In this document: in pieces, positions 46,860-56,191 of the stretch | Layout of the letters: each line of letters begins with the position of its first letter | Position numbering within the stretch: the stretch's first letter is position 1 | IMG/VR virus record: IMGVR_UViG_2639763196_000002 | Location: 1,128 to 65,127 of that record | Length of the DNA: 64,000 nt | Reading direction: 5' to 3' (one strand) | From: a virus | Lineage: Duplodnaviria; Caudoviricetes | Notes under the pieces: model-generated | What the model was told of the DNA's origin: nothing | Databases searched by the model: none | What the model saw: only the letters and a program-made list of their open reading frames with translations | Translations under genes and position numbers: made by a program

Positions 46860-48337
46860 GGTTGTTCCTTGTCATCTATCGGCTCGATGGCATCAAGCGT
46901 GGTGTAGTTGAGGCCCAGGTCCGTCGACCTGGCGAGGTCAGCGGCGTTTTCCGCGTCGATGGTTTCGGCGTCGTAGCCGTTGCGCAGACACATCTCGCTG
47001 CGCGAACCGAAGCCGGCCTGCACCTCCATCCGCCGCGCCTGCACGTCCTGCACCGGCTGGATGTAGGCCCACCCTTGCGGCACCCAACGTGTGCGCAGGT
47101 ATTCGCGTCGACGTTGCGCGTAGTCCTCCAGCACCAAGGCTCCGGACAGCACCGCCATGTCCATCCAGGCAGCACGCACCGGGCGACACAGTTGATGCAC
47201 ATACACGCCGAATTGCAGCTGCTCCAGGCGCCGCCGAAACTCGTTGAGCACCACCCGCAGCGCCCGGTCGTTGACCTCGCGCATGTCGCCGGTGAGGATC
47301 TCGTACGGCGTGCCCGAACCCGCCGCCGCAGCCATCAGTTGCTGACGCATGAAGTCCGGGTAGTTGTTGCCGGCATCCGGTGGTTTGGAGAACTCCACCT
47401 CTTCACCTGGCCCCAGTTCCTGCATCGTGCCGGGCTCCAGGGCCACCATCGGTGTGAAGCCGTCGCGGTCGGTGGTCAGCAGTTGTCCCGTTACCGGGTC
47501 ACGCGGTTGGTGCCCGCTGTCCGGCGCCGGGCGCTTGATGAAGCCAGCAAACAGGTTTGCCACCTCCTGGCGAAACAGCACCGCGTCGTCGTAGTTGTCC
47601 AGGCTGCGCAGTCGTTTCAATACCGGTGCCAGACGCGGCACGCCCCGCAGTTGCCCTGGCTCCATGGGTTCGAAGATGTGCAGCACCTGCGTCGCTGGCA
47701 CCCGCACCAACTGGTTGTAGCCGGCGTTCAACGACGACGAATCGCGTGGGTGCGAGAGGTACATCCAATACGCTACGCGCTTGCCGGCCGGGTTGAACTC
47801 GATCCCGGCGCGGATGACGTTGCCGTTTTTGGCCGTCTCAAACTTGTCATGTGGGACAAATTCAGGCGCCAGCGCCTGCAACTGCAGCGGCACCGCCAAA
47901 CCTTCGCTCGGGCTGCGAGGCCGCAACCGCACAAAACATTCACCAGCAGTTTCCACCGTACGCGCCACCAGGGCCTGCATGCCGTAGAAGTCGGTCAGTT
48001 CGTCGGCGTCCGCCTCATCCACCCAGTCATCCCACAGCTGCTGCTTGAGTTTGCGCAGTGCCGCGTCGTCCGTGGTCGGCCTGGGCGTGATGCCGGTGCC
48101 GATCAGGTTGCTGATGCGCTTGTCGATGACGTTGAACGCGTACGGGTCGTTACGCACTGCCGCCCGCGAGCGAGCCCGCAGGTTACGCAGGGCCGGGGTG
48201 TTGATGCTGTTTATGCCGTTGTCGGTGGCTTCCCAACTGGCCGAACGTCGGCCCTCTCCGGCGCCTTCGTAACTGGCCTTGATGTTCGACGGCAGCAAGA
48301 ATCCATTACGGGTTAGCGTCGGATAATGTCGGGCCAT
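46856..48337 (-). CDS. Portal protein (lambda family)
   Basis: LRARSR..RNDPY, GQLRGVP, YEILTGD. Confidence 0.93.
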   Translation of the reverse strand: MARHYPTLTRNGFLLPSNIKASYEGAGEGRRSASWEATDNGINSINTPALRNLRARSRAAVRNDPYAFNVIDKRISNLIGTGITPRPTTDDAALRKLKQQLWDDWVDEADADELTDFYGMQALVARTVETAGECFVRLRPRSPSEGLAVPLQLQALAPEFVPHDKFETAKNGNVIRAGIEFNPAGKRVAYWMYLSHPRDSSSLNAGYNQLVRVPATQVLHIFEPMEPGQLRGVPRLAPVLKRLRSLDNYDDAVLFRQEVANLFAGFIKRPAPDSGHQPRDPVTGQLLTTDRDGFTPMVALEPGTMQELGPGEEVEFSKPPDAGNNYPDFMRQQLMAAAAGSGTPYEILTGDMREVNDRALRVVLNEFRRRLEQLQFGVYVHQLCRPVRAAWMDMAVLSGALVLEDYAQRRREYLRTRWVPQGWAYIQPVQDVQARRMEVQAGFGSRSEMCLRNGYDAETIDAENAADLARSTDLGLNYTTLDAIEPIDDKEQP

Positions 48338-48543
48338 TAGAGTCCCTTGCCTCCATGCATGAGCCGAACCACGCGAGAGCGCGGCCCGGCGGCGTTGGTC
48401 AGAGACGTGCGGATCTCGTCGCGAGCCTTGAGCAGTTCGTCGATGGAGCGGTATTCCACCGTGCGGTCGCTGTAGCGCACGGTCTTTTCACCGCGTGCAA
48501 TGGCGCGCTCGATGGCTTCGAGGTGCTTCGGAGTAAACGACAT
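48337..48543 (-). CDS. Head completion protein gpW-like
   Basis: AIARGEKTV.Y.DRTVEYRS. Confidence 0.85.
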   Translation of the reverse strand: MSFTPKHLEAIERAIARGEKTVRYSDRTVEYRSIDELLKARDEIRTSLTNAAGPRSRVVRLMHGGKGL

Positions 48544-48544
48544 A

Positions 48545-50545
48545 TCAGCGTCTCTTCAGGTAACCGCTGGTGGAACTGCGGCGTTGTGGGGGTGCAGCGG
48601 GTCGCAGTTGGGCGACCGGGGCAACGGGTTGCGGCGCCACTTGCGGTGTCGCGGTAGCCTGTGGGGCAACCGTCACACGCTCAGCAGCGACCACCTTTTC
48701 ATCGAACAAACCGGCCTGTGCCAGCGAGTTCCGTACCCGGTCCCAGTCGTGTTCCTGATACCGGTTGATGCCGAGGTAATGCGCCATCGCCAGGCAATAC
48801 ACCATCAGGTCGAGGGCTTCGTTGCGCTCGGCCTTGCCCTTGATCCACTCGATACGCTTGTGGCCCCGCACGTACTTGGCGACCTTGCGCTCGGCCACGC
48901 ACTGGGCGAAGAACTCGTCCGGCAGGTCGTTGGCAAAGTGCAGCGCCCCTGGGCCGGACTCGAACGGGTAGCGGTTGTAGATCCAGTCCTTTGCGGTGTC
49001 GGTACCGACAAACCACAACTCGGCGCCGCCGCGTTCGGTCTGGCCCTTCCAGGTCACGTCGACCATGGACGGCCGCTGAGCGATCACCGGCTTGCCGGGC
49101 TTGCTCGCGCCCTTGATCGCGAAGATGTTGCGCCAGCGCCGCACGCGGCAGAACTGGTAGACCTCGTCCGTGTGGTGACCGCCAGAGTCGACGGCGACCG
49201 CGAGAATGCCCAGGCCGACGCCACACGGATGCCGGTACCGCTCTTTCAGCAGTTCATCCAGTACCGCCCAGGTGCGTTCGTCCGACGGGTCGCCCGCGAT
49301 CACCCGGTGGTCAATGACCCAGCGTTCCATACCGACGCCCCAGCCCATTGCCATAAACTCCAGGCGATCAGCCTGTACGTCGACAGCGCCCGTGATCATC
49401 ATCACGGCGGCGGGCATGGCACCGAGGGAGAACCCTTCCCGGCGTGCCCGCTCGATCAGTACCGATGCCTTGGTCTGCTCTTGCGCGCTGTCCCACACCT
49501 TAGCCAGACGGGTGTTGTAGAACACCTGCATGGGCTCAAGGTCGCCTTTGGCCTGGGCCTTTTTTGCCTTCTCGAATTGCTTTGCCAGCGACTTCCAGCC
49601 CGTCCAACCCAACGGTGAATACAGCGCGTTGAGATGGAAGCCGACGGTCTCACCATCGCCCTTGGCATGGGCACGCCACTCGCCACGGGCGAGCATATCG
49701 CCCTTGTGGTGCTCCTCGATCAGCACGTCGCAGTAAGGCCCGGCGCACTCGTAATGCACCACGCTGAAGTCCTGGGAGTAATGCAGCCGCTCCCACTCCA
49801 GGGTCTGCATGTGCCCGCAGGTCGGGCACGGCACGTAGTAGTAACGCTGGTCGCTACCCTCGAACAGATCGTCGATGCGCGAGGCGCCCTTGATCGTCGG
49901 CGAACTGGAGAAGTAGAACTTGGCATTGCGGCCGAAGGTACTGCCCCGCGTTTCTGCCAGTTCGATGGGGTCGCCCTCTTCGCCTACGTCGACCTCCCAT
50001 CGGTCGATCTCATCGCCGTACACGTAGCGCGCCGACAGCTCGGCCAAGTTGGCCGCAGAGCCGGCGGTGGTGACGTACAGCGAGCCGCCTTCGAACTCCT
50101 TGGTGTCCATGGTATTGCGCGAGTCCCGCGAGCGGCTCGCCGCCACACGTTCGCGCAGCACCGGGGTGGCCTTGATGGTCTTGCCGATCCGCGACGACAC
50201 CCGCTTTGCCAGGCCTAGGCTGGGCAGCAGCGTGAGGATGTTCGACGGCACCATGTGGATCAGCGCACCGATCCAGTTCAGGGCGATCTGGGTTTTCATC
50301 AACTGCGAGGCGACCATGGTCACTACGCGCTTGCACGGGTGAGCCGGTGACAGGCACCGCATCGGCTCGCGTGCGTAGGGCGTTCGCACGGTGCGATATT
50401 TCCCTGGCTCGGCGGCGCCGGTATCACGCGGGATGCGCATGTACTCGTCGGCCCACTCGTCCACCCACAGGCTGGGGTCTGGACGCAGCCCACGGAAATA
50501 CGCCTCACGGTACACCTCAGCGCCGTCAGGTTTTTCCGTTTGCAT
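48545..50545 (-). CDS. Terminase large subunit (lambda gpA family)
   Basis: SQLMKT, DEIDRW, SSPT, VDVQ, DSGG, NEALD. Confidence 0.95.
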   Translation of the reverse strand: MQTEKPDGAEVYREAYFRGLRPDPSLWVDEWADEYMRIPRDTGAAEPGKYRTVRTPYAREPMRCLSPAHPCKRVVTMVASQLMKTQIALNWIGALIHMVPSNILTLLPSLGLAKRVSSRIGKTIKATPVLRERVAASRSRDSRNTMDTKEFEGGSLYVTTAGSAANLAELSARYVYGDEIDRWEVDVGEEGDPIELAETRGSTFGRNAKFYFSSSPTIKGASRIDDLFEGSDQRYYYVPCPTCGHMQTLEWERLHYSQDFSVVHYECAGPYCDVLIEEHHKGDMLARGEWRAHAKGDGETVGFHLNALYSPLGWTGWKSLAKQFEKAKKAQAKGDLEPMQVFYNTRLAKVWDSAQEQTKASVLIERARREGFSLGAMPAAVMMITGAVDVQADRLEFMAMGWGVGMERWVIDHRVIAGDPSDERTWAVLDELLKERYRHPCGVGLGILAVAVDSGGHHTDEVYQFCRVRRWRNIFAIKGASKPGKPVIAQRPSMVDVTWKGQTERGGAELWFVGTDTAKDWIYNRYPFESGPGALHFANDLPDEFFAQCVAERKVAKYVRGHKRIEWIKGKAERNEALDLMVYCLAMAHYLGINRYQEHDWDRVRNSLAQAGLFDEKVVAAERVTVAPQATATPQVAPQPVAPVAQLRPAAPPQRRSSTSGYLKRR

Positions 50546-50548
50546 GGG

Positions 50549-51154
50549 TTAACTCGTAGTGATCAGATCGCGTTCAAGATCGGCCGAAGACATGCGCTCG
50601 GCCTCTTCCAGAGACAGCCTTAGCGCCTTGGTCAGGTGCTGCTCAATTTCCCAAGGATCGGACATCGCCGCTAATTCAGGGGCCAGTTGCGGGGGCATGC
50701 TGAGCAGTTGATCGCGCAGCATGCGTCCGGCGTTGTAGGCCCCGGTGGTGACCGCCTTCATGTCCACTAGCGAGCCTTGCACCTTGTGAAACTCGGCTTC
50801 GGCCAACTGGGCCAGGTAGTACTCGCGGTGTGCGCGGGCTTTCTGGAAGTCAGGTTGCCCGCTCTTCGCGCCAGCAGGCTGCGGCGGCGCAGCCGTGTTA
50901 GTCGGCTCGACCATGGGGGACAGTTGGCTGTAAACGTCACGCTGGAGCCGGTCTTGCTGGTGGCGAGCCGCGACGGCGGCCTTGCTGGGGTCGGCGGTTT
51001 CGAGGATCAGCGCTTCTGTTGCCAGCACGTCGACCTTCTTGCCATCCGGCGACAGCACCAGGCGGTTGTTGTCTTTCAGCCAGGTGATGTAGCTCGGCGT
51101 CCTGCCGATGCGAACCGCGAAAGCGCTTTTAGACAGAAACAGCGGATCCGTCAT
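50549..51154 (-). CDS. Terminase small subunit
   Basis: N-terminal winged HTH (SKSAFA..IGRTPSYIT); directly upstream of TerL. Confidence 0.85.
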   Translation of the reverse strand: MTDPLFLSKSAFAVRIGRTPSYITWLKDNNRLVLSPDGKKVDVLATEALILETADPSKAAVAARHQQDRLQRDVYSQLSPMVEPTNTAAPPQPAGAKSGQPDFQKARAHREYYLAQLAEAEFHKVQGSLVDMKAVTTGAYNAGRMLRDQLLSMPPQLAPELAAMSDPWEIEQHLTKALRLSLEEAERMSSADLERDLITTS

Positions 51155-51164
51155 AAGCCCTCCT

Positions 51165-51291
51165 TTTCAACGGCTTTTCAATGGAAACCTTTCAATTTCA
51201 ATGGATTGAATTTCAGTAAGCTGGCAGCCCTGCCGCTAACGCTTTCCCGCGGGTTTCATGCCCCGTGTCCCTCGAATGCCGCCAGGGTCCC
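51165..51291 (-). other. Putative cos packaging site
   Basis: Minus strand GGGACCC...ACG GGGCATGAAACC CGCGGG parallels lambda cosQ/cosN; followed by repeated TTGAAA. Confidence 0.6.
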
Positions 51292-51359
51292 CGGCGACTT
51301 TCGGCGCACCATTTTGATGCGGCCCGCTACAGGCCACGTATTACGTGGCCTCCAGCGCA

Positions 51360-51704
51360 TCATGCCTGACCGCTGCCCGAGGGCGGCACATCGCACACGC
51401 CCAACCGCTTGGCGGCCCAGCGTTCATACAGCCCGATGGCGACATCGGCACCGGCCATCGCGGTGAGGCATCCGATGCTCCCTGCCGCCAGGACCGACAT
51501 GCCCGAAGCGTGCAGCAACATCATGGTGGAAAGCCCGCAGACCACGCAGGCCCCGGACCGAAAGATCAAGCGGCGAATCAAAGACCAGCCGCTTACCCCC
51601 GCTTTGTCGGCTCGCCATGCCTCGCCGGATATACCGCCGACCAGGGACAGCACGATCACCATCCAGATCGGCATATCAATAAGTGCTTGCTGCTCGTTCG
51701 TCAT
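51360..51704 (-). CDS. Holin
   Basis: MTNEQQALIDMPIW..., TM segments; homologous to tailocin holin. Confidence 0.88.
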   Translation of the reverse strand: MTNEQQALIDMPIWMVIVLSLVGGISGEAWRADKAGVSGWSLIRRLIFRSGACVVCGLSTMMLLHASGMSVLAAGSIGCLTAMAGADVAIGLYERWAAKRLGVCDVPPSGSGQA

Positions 51705-51723
51705 CGCCCTACCCCATAAACGC

Positions 51724-51748
51724 AAAAACCCGGCGCAATGGCCGGGTT
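51724..51748 (-). terminator. Late-leader terminator (tR'-like)
   Basis: Minus strand AACCCGGCcattgcGCCGGGTTTTT upstream of holin. Confidence 0.75.
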
Positions 51749-51801
51749 CAGTGTGGTGGTGTGTCCCGCTGCTTGCGGTCGCACCTATCGAAGATGGGTA
51801 C

Positions 51802-51830
51802 TTTTTACAGGTGGATTATCATGGCAGCAA
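51802..51830 (-). promoter_or_regulatory. Putative late promoter
   Basis: TTGCTG-17 bp-TAAAAA upstream of the late-leader terminator. Confidence 0.5.
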
Positions 51831-51928
51831 GCAGGTTTTAATGCCATGGAGCAATACGGGTGCCATACGGGTATGACGCAGGTGCAACGGAGGGACAACG
51901 CATTCAATCGGCTATCGCTTCTGGTGCC

Positions 51929-52208
51929 CTGTCTTACTTGTCCCACTATTCTGGATCGAAGTAGGACAGCTACAGACGCCTAAATACGGGGCTCTGCCCT
52001 ACTGTCCTACCTTTTTTACTTTTCTCTTGTGTATAGAGAGAAAGCTAAAAGCACGCGTGCGCGCCATGGGCGCGACTACGTGCCCGCTATGCTCATGTGT
52101 GCGTGGGGCGGGTAAAGGTTGGACAGTAGGACAGCCCAGCAACGGCGCGGCCTGTGCCTGTCCAACTGCACGTAATGGCAGCCGGACAAGGCGGGACAGG
52201 AGGACAGA
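51929..52208. repeat. GGACA(G) repeats in both orientations, putative replication origin
   Basis: About 9 GGACA/TGTCC copies around a T-rich stretch, downstream of the primase-helicase. Confidence 0.55.
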
Positions 52209-52231
52209 GGTATGCAGAGTGACGCCGAGGA

Positions 52232-52597
52232 TCATGCAGCCTTCCCCATCAGCATGCCGGCGATGGATACATGGGCATCGTGTAGTCGACGGTAATAGGT
52301 CGGCGCGCTGCAACCGCAATGAAGCATTTTCTGTGAGAGGAAGCTCTCGTGGTTGCAGTAGTGCTCCATCACCACTAGGGCTAGCTCGGGCGCCAAGTGC
52401 TTGTTGACGATCAGCTCGATATCCGCCGATTCATCCAGCAGCACCCGACTTCCACGCGTGCCGCGTATCAACTCACCTTTGCACTCCATCAGCATGGCGA
52501 TCATGTTGCCGCCACTCGGCCCGCCAGCACCGTCCGGCACAGGCGAATGCAGATCCTGCGCCCAGAGTTTGAGCATCTCGTCGATTCGCTTAATCAT
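52232..52597 (-). CDS. Putative late regulator (Q-like position, C-terminal HTH)
   Basis: IDEMLKLWA...CGCSAPTYYRRLHDAH; last gene before the late leader. Confidence 0.6.
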   Translation of the reverse strand: MIKRIDEMLKLWAQDLHSPVPDGAGGPSGGNMIAMLMECKGELIRGTRGSRVLLDESADIELIVNKHLAPELALVVMEHYCNHESFLSQKMLHCGCSAPTYYRRLHDAHVSIAGMLMGKAA

Positions 52598-54809
52598 CGA
52601 AGCAAGGCTCCTCGATCACCGCCTGCTGCAACGCAGACGCACGCCCCCACCCCGCAGGCTTTTCATAGGCCCATGGCCGTACGCCGCTTTTAGGCAGCGC
52701 GGGCATACGCCGCTTGCGCCAGCCTAGCCGGTGCATGATCGCCCCGACCCGCATCTGCTCGGGCTTGCCCCAATGGCCGAAGTCCAGCTTCAGCGCCTGG
52801 GTCAGGATCTCGTTGCCGGTGGCGGTTTCCCCGATCTGCGACTCTTCCATCCAGGCCAGGATTGGCCCTTCCCATTCATCCACCACAAAGCGCTCGTCTT
52901 GAGCCTCGGCGAACATCTTGGATTCGTCCTTATTCACCCACCAGATATCGCCCGCTTCAAAGCAGAACAGCGCCTCGGCCCACAATTGATTGCGGATCTC
53001 GCGGAGTTGCTCCAGATCGACCTTGTTGCAGAACACCGGCCAGTAACGACGGTTGCCCGTAGCATCCTTCAGATACTCCTCTTGGTTGGTGGTGCCCACG
53101 AAAACACACTGGCGTGGCACGTCATTCGTTCTGCGGCCGTAGCTCTCGCGGTAGGTGTCGGTAGACGCGGAGAAGAACTGTTTAGCCTTGGTGCTTTCCG
53201 CCTTGTTGAAGCTGTCCAACTCGCCCAGCTCGACGATCCATTTGCCGCGAATCGCCTGGAAGCTGTCCTTGTCACCGAGGGCAAAAGGCGTATCCATGAA
53301 CCACTCGCCACCGAGGACGCCCATGGCCGTGGACTTGCCGGCGCCCTGCCCGCCTTCGAGGATCATCACAGAGTCGGCCTTGCAGCCTGGGCGCATCACA
53401 CGGGCAACCGCTGAGATGAGCCAGCGCTTACCGACCTTGGCCGAGTACTCACTGGCCTGAACGCCCAGCACGTCGGTCAGCCAGGTTTCAATGCGAGGCA
53501 CGCGATCCCATTCCAGCTTCTCCAGGTACTCGCGCACCGGGTGAAAGGCATGGTCGTGGGCAACCACGCTGACCGCCTCGATCACATGGGACGCTTTGAC
53601 CCGCAGGTTGTACTGCTGCGCGAGCCACTTCATTACTCTCATGTCGTCAATGTCGGCCCAGTCGCCGGCACCGCCGCCGAAGGGCGCAGAACGCAACTTG
53701 ACGATCTTGGAGCTGAACACGCTGTAGCCGATGACACCGGCCCAGCGTTCGTCATTGCCCAAGATCAGCTCGACGTTTTGCATGTGCGCGATCAGAGAGC
53801 CATTTTCGGTGCGGGCCAGTTGGTCTTTCCAGCCACCCGCTGCAGGAGGCTTGACCACCGCGAGCACCTGGCGGCGGACGGCCTCCAACCCCTCGGCGAC
53901 GTGCAAGTCGTTGAAGTCGGTCCACTTGATCTCGCGCTCGCCGGAAAACACCGGGGCAACGACTTGGCCGCCGACAACCAGCGCGGCGTTGGTGGCTTTC
54001 TCTTCGCCTGGATTCCAAGGGTCACCATTGGGACGCTTGGTTTTCCAGTCATCATCGCGACAGATGATCAGCGGGCAACCGGGGAAGCGCTCGCGCATGG
54101 CCTTGGAGACCGGCAGCAGGTTGCCCGCGTCGAAGGCGATGGCGACAGTGAGCGAAGTCGCCATGTGCAGGCTTGCGCCTGTGGCGTAGCCCTCACACAC
54201 CAGCACCGGTTCGCCGGGTTCGGGGTGGGGACCGATCAGGTGGAAAGCGCCCTCTTTTGACATACCGGGCGGCCAGTACTGCTTATCCCGCCCAGTGTCT
54301 TCTTGCTTGGCTGGAAAGATCACCTGCAGGCCGACGATCTGGTCACGGACGTTGCACATGGGCACCAAAAATGCACCAGTACGTGGCGCATAGCGAACCT
54401 TGAAGCCAACGATCTGCTTTCGATCCAGATAGGCGCTCTTGCCCTTTTCGGGCATGCGCTTGAACAGGCCGGCAGCACGATTGGCCGCTCGGCGTGATGC
54501 GTTGGCCGCGATCTCGGCAGCCTTACGCTTGGCATCCTCCTGCCGAGCGCGCATGACTTCGCGCTCCTCGGGGCTCATACGTCCGGGTTTAACTTTGATC
54601 TTCTGGGTATCGCCAGAGCGCCAGTCACCGAAGCTGCCGAAGATCAGCGTCTCGTTTTTTTCGGTGCGGTGTTCATGGATGACGTACCAGCCGTTTTTCT
54701 CTTTGCCTTTGTCCTGGGTGGTTTTGCAGCGGGTGAGTTTGCCGAATACCAAGGGTTGAGCGGGCTCTAGACCATAGTCCGCGAACTGATTGATCACATC
54801 ATCGAGCAT
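52590..54809 (-). CDS. Toprim primase + VapE-family helicase
   Basis: CEGYATG, AFDAGNL, DDD, DFND Toprim motifs; GGQGAGKST Walker A, GTTN, GNRRYW. Confidence 0.9.
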   Translation of the reverse strand: MLDDVINQFADYGLEPAQPLVFGKLTRCKTTQDKGKEKNGWYVIHEHRTEKNETLIFGSFGDWRSGDTQKIKVKPGRMSPEEREVMRARQEDAKRKAAEIAANASRRAANRAAGLFKRMPEKGKSAYLDRKQIVGFKVRYAPRTGAFLVPMCNVRDQIVGLQVIFPAKQEDTGRDKQYWPPGMSKEGAFHLIGPHPEPGEPVLVCEGYATGASLHMATSLTVAIAFDAGNLLPVSKAMRERFPGCPLIICRDDDWKTKRPNGDPWNPGEEKATNAALVVGGQVVAPVFSGEREIKWTDFNDLHVAEGLEAVRRQVLAVVKPPAAGGWKDQLARTENGSLIAHMQNVELILGNDERWAGVIGYSVFSSKIVKLRSAPFGGGAGDWADIDDMRVMKWLAQQYNLRVKASHVIEAVSVVAHDHAFHPVREYLEKLEWDRVPRIETWLTDVLGVQASEYSAKVGKRWLISAVARVMRPGCKADSVMILEGGQGAGKSTAMGVLGGEWFMDTPFALGDKDSFQAIRGKWIVELGELDSFNKAESTKAKQFFSASTDTYRESYGRRTNDVPRQCVFVGTTNQEEYLKDATGNRRYWPVFCNKVDLEQLREIRNQLWAEALFCFEAGDIWWVNKDESKMFAEAQDERFVVDEWEGPILAWMEESQIGETATGNEILTQALKLDFGHWGKPEQMRVGAIMHRLGWRKRRMPALPKSGVRPWAYEKPAGWGRASALQQAVIEEPCFDD

Positions 54810-55026
54810 AACGGGCAGCCCTCTGATCATCGACGGTCTTGCACTCAATGCAGAGCGTGCAACCGGGCTGTGCCAAACGACGAGCCTCGGGGATAGGGCC
54901 ATCGCATTCGTCACAGAACATCAGCGAATGTTGAGCCGTGTTGGACATCAGCGCCAGGCGTGCAGCGACGGCCTGATCAATGCGCTTTTGCACCAGGTCA
55001 TTTGCGAAGTCAGCGATATCAGCCAC
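54799..55026 (-). CDS. TraR/DksA C4 zinc-finger protein
   Basis: ADIADFAND...CDECDGPIPEARR...CIEC. Confidence 0.9.
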   Translation of the reverse strand: MADIADFANDLVQKRIDQAVAARLALMSNTAQHSLMFCDECDGPIPEARRLAQPGCTLCIECKTVDDQRAARYAR

Positions 55027-55537
55027 GTTCCACCCCAGAAGTCGTCTGATTGACATAGCGGGCGCGGTTGTACATGCCCAACAACCCCTGAATGCCTCGA
55101 AACACCAACTGGCGTATCTCAGCCAGCTCACGGTCATCGACCTTGCCGTCGCCAATGTGCTTGGCCCAGGTTTCGGACAAATCGGCGACCTGCCGGAAAA
55201 ACATGGCGATACCCGTGGTCAGGGTCTCAGGCATGTCGTTGGTGTACGCCTCAGCCAATTCCTGCCAGATCGTATCGCCGACAAGAGCGTGCACCGCATC
55301 GAGAATGCGGCGGTCCTTGGTCAGTTCGAGGATCTCGCCGAATTCCTGAATGTTGACGGTATGCGAGGGATGGGTGGGAGACAACTTGTGCTGCAGCGTG
55401 GTGGCATTGCGGCCGGTGGTGGCGGCGATTGCTGCGGCACCGCCGGGATAGTCCCGTGCGGCGTGGTACAGGGCTAATTCGAGCGTCAGTATTTCCTTTT
55501 GCGCTCGATCAACACAGCTTAAAGCTACTCGGCTCAT
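55019..55537 (-). CDS. CII-family regulatory protein
   Basis: YPGGAAAIA...TLQHKLSP...DGKVDDRE; downstream of cro. Confidence 0.8.
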   Translation of the reverse strand: MSRVALSCVDRAQKEILTLELALYHAARDYPGGAAAIAATTGRNATTLQHKLSPTHPSHTVNIQEFGEILELTKDRRILDAVHALVGDTIWQELAEAYTNDMPETLTTGIAMFFRQVADLSETWAKHIGDGKVDDRELAEIRQLVFRGIQGLLGMYNRARYVNQTTSGVERG

Positions 55538-55597
55538 GGCATTAATCCTACTAAGTTGCCAGTGCCCCGCGACGTGTAGTGGTGATACATTTGCCGC

Positions 55598-55862
55598 GTG
55601 GCTTGAAAGGGCCCAAACGCCGGCTAGATCTAGGGATCGAAACCGGCACCGTGCCGAGGCGAACAATCCGTTGCTCACCTCTGGCGCAACAGCTGCCTAA
55701 TCTGTGGTGGAGAAGGCAGCAACCCAAGACATCCGTGTCTTGGCAGCGCGATAAAGGGAGGTGGTTTGCATGTGGTGTGCCCTCCTACCTTCGTCGCGAC
55801 CCGACAGCACTGTGGTGGTGTGTGCCGGGAGGAACTGGGCGGCCCTTGGGTCGCCTTTTTTC
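55598..55862 (+). ncRNA. Candidate structured RNA with three UGUGGUG loops
   Basis: Extended -10 (TGaTACATT, 55583-55591), several hairpins with G-U pairs favouring the + strand, intrinsic terminator at 55846-55862. Confidence 0.55.
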
Positions 55863-56086
55863 TATGCGGCTTTTGGAACATCAAGCTCAGGAGGAAATAC
55901 ATCATCGAGCGTGCACGTAGTCCCCAATTTATTGAGTGCTACCGTAATGGCCCGGCACTCGTACAAGCCAGGAATTCGGGTACCCGACTCGTAATTACTC
56001 AACCGACTCTGAGACCATCCCAAAGCACCAGCAAGTGCCGTTTGCTTGATTCCACTACGGCTTCTGAGGGCAGATATCCTATTCAT
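55862..56086 (-). CDS. cro: Cro-like repressor
   Basis: 74 aa HTH (QTALAGALGWSQSRLSNYESG), divergent from cI. Confidence 0.85.
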   Translation of the reverse strand: MNRISALRSRSGIKQTALAGALGWSQSRLSNYESGTRIPGLYECRAITVALNKLGTTCTLDDVFPPELDVPKAA

Positions 56087-56119
56087 TAGAAGGTTCTCTT
56101 CGTGATCCTGGGCGCAGAC

Positions 56120-56190
56120 TAACAACGGTTTGTTATTTTTACAACACGTTAAGTCGTAAATCAATTACACAAATCGTGATATTTTCCACA
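56120..56190. promoter_or_regulatory. OR-like operator region with divergent promoters
   Basis: Minus strand TTGATT-17-TAAAAA (56164-56136); plus strand TGaTATTTT (56177-56185); ACA-N4-GTGAT motif shared with 57330-57372. Confidence 0.65.
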
Positions 56191-56191
56191 C

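Noticed and set aside
46862-48316. 484-aa plus-strand ORF
   Set aside because: Antisense shadow of the portal gene
55675-55905. 76-aa ORF between cro and cII
   Set aside because: Overlaps cro, has no recognisable motif, and the region is dominated by hairpins; a small peptide cannot be fully excluded
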